This document shows positions 60,144 to 64,000 of a stretch of DNA of 64,000 nt, in pieces. Positions within the stretch are counted from its first letter, which is position 1, and each line of letters begins with the position of its first letter. The translations under genes were made by a program, and so were the position numbers. The notes beneath the pieces were generated by a model. It searched no databases. It was not told the origin of the DNA and saw only the letters and a list, made by a program, of their open reading frames with translations. The DNA is from Hyphomonadaceae bacterium. Its GTDB lineage: Bacteria; Pseudomonadota; Alphaproteobacteria; Caulobacterales; Maricaulaceae. Location: contig JACOMS010000005.1 in the NCBI GenBank assembly GCA_014324115.1, positions 2,692 to 66,691 on the forward strand. Direction: 5' to 3'.

Positions 60144-60872
60144 ATGACGCGCCCGTTTAGTATCAAACGTCTTCAGTTCTATATGACAATGCCGACGCCC
60201 TGCCCCTATCTCCCGGGGCGGCATGAACGCAAAATTTTCACGCAACTTGATTCACTGTCCGGACCGCATCTCAATAACTTTTTGACTCATTCCGGGTTTC
60301 GTCGCTCGCAAAATGTGCTCTATCGCCCGGCCTGTGAGAATTGCCAAGCCTGCCAATCTCTTCGTGTGTGTGCCTCAAAATTCGAAGCGACGCAATCCAT
60401 GCGTCGTATCATCAGGCGCAATCAAAATCTCAATGCCGCTGTGTGCCCGGCCATCGCGACACAGGAACAATTTTCGTTGATGCAAAAGTACCTAGTCAAT
60501 CGTCATCCCGACGGCGGCATGACCCAAATGGATTACTACCGTTACAAGACCATGGTCGAGGAATGCGCCAGCCAGACGGAAATCATGGAGTACCGTTTAG
60601 ATGACGGGGAACTGGTCGCCTGCGTTTTGATGGACCGCCTGTCTGATGGCCTGTCACTCGTTTACAGCTTTTTTCACCCCGACATTACAAGACAAAGCCC
60701 GGGCAAGTTCATGATTCTAGAGCATATTACACGCTGTAAAACCGAAAAACTGAATTATCTTTATCTTGGGTACTGGGTCCCCGACAGCCCGAAGATGGCC
60801 TACAAGGCCCTTTTTAAACCCTGCGAAGTTCTCGGCCCGACCGGATGGCGCCGGTTGGAATCACGACAATGA
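60144..60872 (+). CDS. bpt: arginyl/leucyl-tRNA--protein transferase (Bpt family)
   Basis: 242 aa reading …CPYLPGRHERKIF…YLGYWV…. Confidence 0.85.
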   Translation: MTRPFSIKRLQFYMTMPTPCPYLPGRHERKIFTQLDSLSGPHLNNFLTHSGFRRSQNVLYRPACENCQACQSLRVCASKFEATQSMRRIIRRNQNLNAAVCPAIATQEQFSLMQKYLVNRHPDGGMTQMDYYRYKTMVEECASQTEIMEYRLDDGELVACVLMDRLSDGLSLVYSFFHPDITRQSPGKFMILEHITRCKTEKLNYLYLGYWVPDSPKMAYKALFKPCEVLGPTGWRRLESRQ

Positions 60873-62011
60873 AACGCCGTTACATACTCGCAGGTGCCGC
60901 CGCCCTTGCCACCGGCGCTGGCGTTGTCGGCGTACTTGGTCGCAGGGGCACAAGGACAGTCAAAAGGAACGTATCTGACTCCACCGCCACGCCGGCTATC
61001 AACAAAAACCGGCGTAAACTGCGCATGGTGACAAGCTGGCCGAAGGACTTCCCCGGTCTCGGCGAAATGCCCAAGCGCTTTTCCAGAGCCGTGTACGATA
61101 TAACCGAAGGGCGTCTGGATATCAAAGTCTATGCCGCGGGCGAACTCGTCGGAGCGTTGGAATGTTTTGATGCAACGTCCACGGGTGCGGCGGATATGTA
61201 CCACTCGGCCGAGTATTACTGGCAGGGTAGGTCCAAAGCCTTTTCATTTTTCACGGCTGTACCCATGGGAATGACCGCGGTTGAAATTATGGGATGGGTG
61301 GAATTTGGCGGCGGACAGGCTTTGTGGGATGAGTTGTCCGGAAATTTCAATATCAAACCTCTACAGGCGGGTAATACCGGTCATCAGACCGGAGGCTGGT
61401 TCAAAAGGGAAATGAACTCCCTGGAAGATTTCAAGGGCCTGAAAATACGCATGCCGGGGCTGGGCGGCGAGGTCATCCGGCGTCTCGGCGGAGCGGCTGT
61501 CCGACTGTCCGGCGGAGAAATTTATCAAGCGCTGCAATCGGGCGCTATCGACGCCACCGAATGGGTCGGGCCGTGGAACGATCTGGCTCTCGGGTTTTAT
61601 CGTGAAGCACCTCTTTATTACGCGCCCGGCTTTCATGAACCCGGCGCGGCGCTCTCCATCGGAATTAATCTGGATATTTGGAATTCACTTTCGACCTCGG
61701 ATAGGGCCCTGATAAAATTTGCCGCCAAAGCCGCCAATGACACCAGCCTCGCTGAATATACATTTGAGAATGCCCGGGCTTTGGCGACTCTCAAAAACAT
61801 TTACGGCGTGGAGCCTGGATTTTTCTCTGACGAAATCATGGTAACCATCGGTCGCGTAGCCGAAGAAGTCGTGCGCGAATTCGGACAGGCGGATACACAG
61901 ACCCAAAAAGTCTACGACAGCTATATAAAGGCCCGGAACGCCTGCCGCGAATGGACGGAAATGGGCGACGGTCGTTATATTCGTGCCCGAAAAGCCGCGC
62001 TTGGCGGCTAA
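60869..62011 (+). CDS. TRAP transporter substrate-binding protein (Tat-type signal)
   Basis: The start is at MKRRYILAGAAALATGAGVVG, forming an ATGA overlap with the bpt stop. The body is DctP-like. Confidence 0.88.
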   Translation: MKRRYILAGAAALATGAGVVGVLGRRGTRTVKRNVSDSTATPAINKNRRKLRMVTSWPKDFPGLGEMPKRFSRAVYDITEGRLDIKVYAAGELVGALECFDATSTGAADMYHSAEYYWQGRSKAFSFFTAVPMGMTAVEIMGWVEFGGGQALWDELSGNFNIKPLQAGNTGHQTGGWFKREMNSLEDFKGLKIRMPGLGGEVIRRLGGAAVRLSGGEIYQALQSGAIDATEWVGPWNDLALGFYREAPLYYAPGFHEPGAALSIGINLDIWNSLSTSDRALIKFAAKAANDTSLAEYTFENARALATLKNIYGVEPGFFSDEIMVTIGRVAEEVVREFGQADTQTQKVYDSYIKARNACREWTEMGDGRYIRARKAALGG

Positions 62012-62014
62012 ACA

Positions 62015-62725
62015 GTGATTTGGGGAATCATAACGGCCCTAGCCTGGCCTGACATCCTGGCACTTTTGGGGGCTGCTTTCAAAACCATCGGGTGGGTCTG
62101 TCTTCCTGTATTAACTTTGCCCGCTGTATTATTGTTGATGCCCGGGTCAAATGCACTTCGGGATTTTTGTGACACACTCGTGCGCCTTATAGATACACTA
62201 AACTACACACTCGGAGAAATCATAAAGTGGGCCCTGCCGCTCCTCGTTCTGTCCGTAGCGTTCAGTGTCTTTGCTCTGTCCATTTTTGGCCTGTCATGGA
62301 CAAAACTGTTTGAAAGTGCGCAATATCTCCACTCAAGCGTCATTATGTGCGGTGCCGCGGCGACTCTACTGGCCGGGCAACATGTGCGGGTCGATATTTT
62401 CCATGCGCGCATGTCCCCGGAGCAGCGGGCATTGATTGACTTTTGCGGTTTTTATGCGTTGCTCTTGCCCGTTTGCCTTACCATTCTCTGGAATTCCGGG
62501 AGCTTCATCGCCCTTTCCTGGCGGATATTTGAAGGCTCCGCAGAGGCTGACGGCATTCGCGGCGAGTTTCTTCTCAAGACACTCATTCCCCTATTCGGCC
62601 TGTTCATGATTATGCAGGGCATGGCGATAGCCCTGCGCGCGGCCTTCCTCATGGGTGGACATCCGTGTCCTGAACGTCCCGGGGACGTTCGGCCGCTTTT
62701 CGGGCAACAGGAGTCAGGGCGTTGA
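62015..62725 (+). CDS. TRAP transporter small permease
   Basis: 236-aa polytopic protein positioned between the binding protein and the large permease. Confidence 0.82.
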   Translation: MIWGIITALAWPDILALLGAAFKTIGWVCLPVLTLPAVLLLMPGSNALRDFCDTLVRLIDTLNYTLGEIIKWALPLLVLSVAFSVFALSIFGLSWTKLFESAQYLHSSVIMCGAAATLLAGQHVRVDIFHARMSPEQRALIDFCGFYALLLPVCLTILWNSGSFIALSWRIFEGSAEADGIRGEFLLKTLIPLFGLFMIMQGMAIALRAAFLMGGHPCPERPGDVRPLFGQQESGR

Positions 62726-64000
62726 GCCCCGAAATCCTTGCCATGCTGATGTTCGCTGCCGTCTGCGGCGGATTGATGGCAGGATATAATGTGGCCTTCA
62801 CGCTCTCCGGTGTGTCGCTGATTTTTGCCGCTTTGGGTGTTGTCTTCGGTATTTTTGACCCTGCGTTTCTTCTCTCCTTACCCGGGCGGATTTATCCACT
62901 GATCATACGCGAAATTCTGATCGCCGTGCCGTTATTTGTTTTTATGGGGGTCATGCTGGAAAAGTCCAGAATCGCGGAAGACCTGCTTGAGTCCATGGGC
63001 GATCTATTCGGCCCGATGCGCGGGGGGCTGGGCGTATCCGTGATTTTTGTGGGCGCATTGCTTGCAGCATCGACAGGCATAGTCGGTGCGACGGTCGTCA
63101 CCATGGGGCTTCTTTCGCTCCCCACAATGCTCAAACGCGGATATGTGCCGTCTCTGGCCTCGGGATCAATCGCAGCGTCAGGCACGTTGGGGCAAATTAT
63201 CCCACCGTCCATCATTCTGGTCATTCTCGGAGACCAGATTTCCAATGCCTATCAGGAGGCGCAGAGAACATACGGCCTTGAGGGTGGAAGTGTTGTCTCG
63301 GTCGGCGATTTATTCGCCGGAGCCCTGTTGCCGGGACTCATTCTGGTCATGCTTTACGCGCTCTATATTGCCGCCATCGCCATATTGAAGCCGACTCTCG
63401 CCCCCGCCGGTGAGTGGCCCAAAGGCGTCAGAGCCAAGGATTTTATCCGTAAAATTATCATATCAATGCTACCGCCCATTCTTTTGATCATTGCGGTTCT
63501 TGGATCAATTTTGTCCGGCTATGCGACACCGACACGCGGTGCCGCTTTAGGCGCGTTGGGAGCCATCCTGCTCGCCACTTACAAGACGTCGGCCAATTCG
63601 CTGTTCAGGAGGGCGACGGTCCTTTCAGCCACTGCCCTGTTCGCACTCATCGCCATTGACCTGTCCGGCCTGGATTTACGGTTCGGGCAGGAAGCGTGGA
63701 CAAGTCTGGAGCGCGGTGCAGTCGCGGTTGCCCTGTTTCTGTCCGGCCTGGCCATACTTGCAATCGGCACCTCACTTATACCGCTTTTGAAATCCGGAAA
63801 GCTGGGCGACGTATCCCGCACAACCATGCACATTACATGTATGGTGTTTGTCATCCTGATCGGTGCCACAGTTTTTAGCCTCATTTTTCGCGGTTTTGGT
63901 GGCGACGAGCTGGTTGCTGAATTGCTGGAGGCCGCGCCAGGTGGAAAGTGGGGGGCGCTGGCCCTTGTCATGCTGGTCATGTTTGTTCTGGGATTCTTTC
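62722..64000 (+). CDS. TRAP transporter large permease (partial, runs off the right edge)
   Basis: Manual translation of the first ~150 codons from the TTG at 62722 (or the ATG at 62743) gives LSPEILAMLMFAAVCGGLMAGYNVAFTLSGV…VPLFVFMGVMLEKSRIAEDLLESMG…, which is DctM-like. I assume the frame stays open to the window end; this would explain why it is absent from the ORF track. Confidence 0.85.
   Translation, partial: MSPEILAMLMFAAVCGGLMAGYNVAFTLSGVSLIFAALGVVFGIFDPAFLLSLPGRIYPLIIREILIAVPLFVFMGVMLEKSRIAEDLLESMGDLFGPMRGGLGVSVIFVGALLAASTGIVGATVVTMGLLSLPTMLKRGYVPSLASGSIAASGTLGQIIPPSIILVILGDQISNAYQEAQRTYGLEGGSVVSVGDLFAGALLPGLILVMLYALYIAAIAILKPTLAPAGEWPKGVRAKDFIRKIIISMLPPILLIIAVLGSILSGYATPTRGAALGALGAILLATYKTSANSLFRRATVLSATALFALIAIDLSGLDLRFGQEAWTSLERGAVAVALFLSGLAILAIGTSLIPLLKSGKLGDVSRTTMHITCMVFVILIGATVFSLIFRGFGGDELVAELLEAAPGGKWGALALVMLVMFVLGFF

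Overview
This window looks like alphaproteobacterial chromosome, judged from gene content and synteny only. It is gene-dense, mostly minus-strand and mostly housekeeping. The conserved blocks are: rnj-coaX-birA followed by the complete 14-gene complex I operon (nuoN back to nuoA, 1.8-16.9 kb); xseB-ispA-dxs; lepB; yceI and tsaC; an ACAD, kinase and SDR trio; plsX-fabH-ihfA-merR; bamE; thiL-nusB-ribH-ribBA-ribE-ribD-nrdR-glyA; divergent hemA and hemB; an SLC13 permease; bpt; and a TRAP transporter (dctPQM, running off the right edge). I found no rRNA, CRISPR array, integrase or intact transposase.

Five accessory or decayed patches interrupt this backbone:
1. 17.0-22.9 kb: an island that looks AT-richer by eye, wedged between nuoA and dxs. 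It carries an HTH-fused gamma-class N6-adenine DNA methyltransferase, an IS5-type scar, two secreted proteins with paralogous leaders (a lipoprotein and an ankyrin-repeat protein), and a GmrSD-like DUF262/DUF1524 nuclease.
2. 31.0-32.6 kb: a decayed type I R-M locus, consisting of an hsdM 3' stub and a split hsdS, with no hsdR.
3. 36.15-40.7 kb: an AT-richer stretch with four small orphan ORFs, an M28 lipoprotein peptidase and a GT10-like glycosyltransferase.
4. 42.65-43.95 kb: a multiply frameshifted pseudogene next to a degenerate tRNA-Ser(UGA)-like sequence.
5. 47.2-47.6 kb: an internally deleted IS5-group transposase remnant upstream of plsX.

The most unusual structural signal is a pair of inverted repeats identical at 70 of 78 positions, at 22712-22789 and 32477-32554. 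They bracket 9.7 kb of essential genes. One copy lies upstream of the GmrSD-like gene and the other ends 6 nt from the truncated hsdM stub.

I do not see a clearly novel multi-gene system. The methyltransferase plus GmrSD island and the orphan ORF cluster at 36.6-37.7 kb are the best candidates. All calls come from reading the translations and sequence by eye; no database searches were run.
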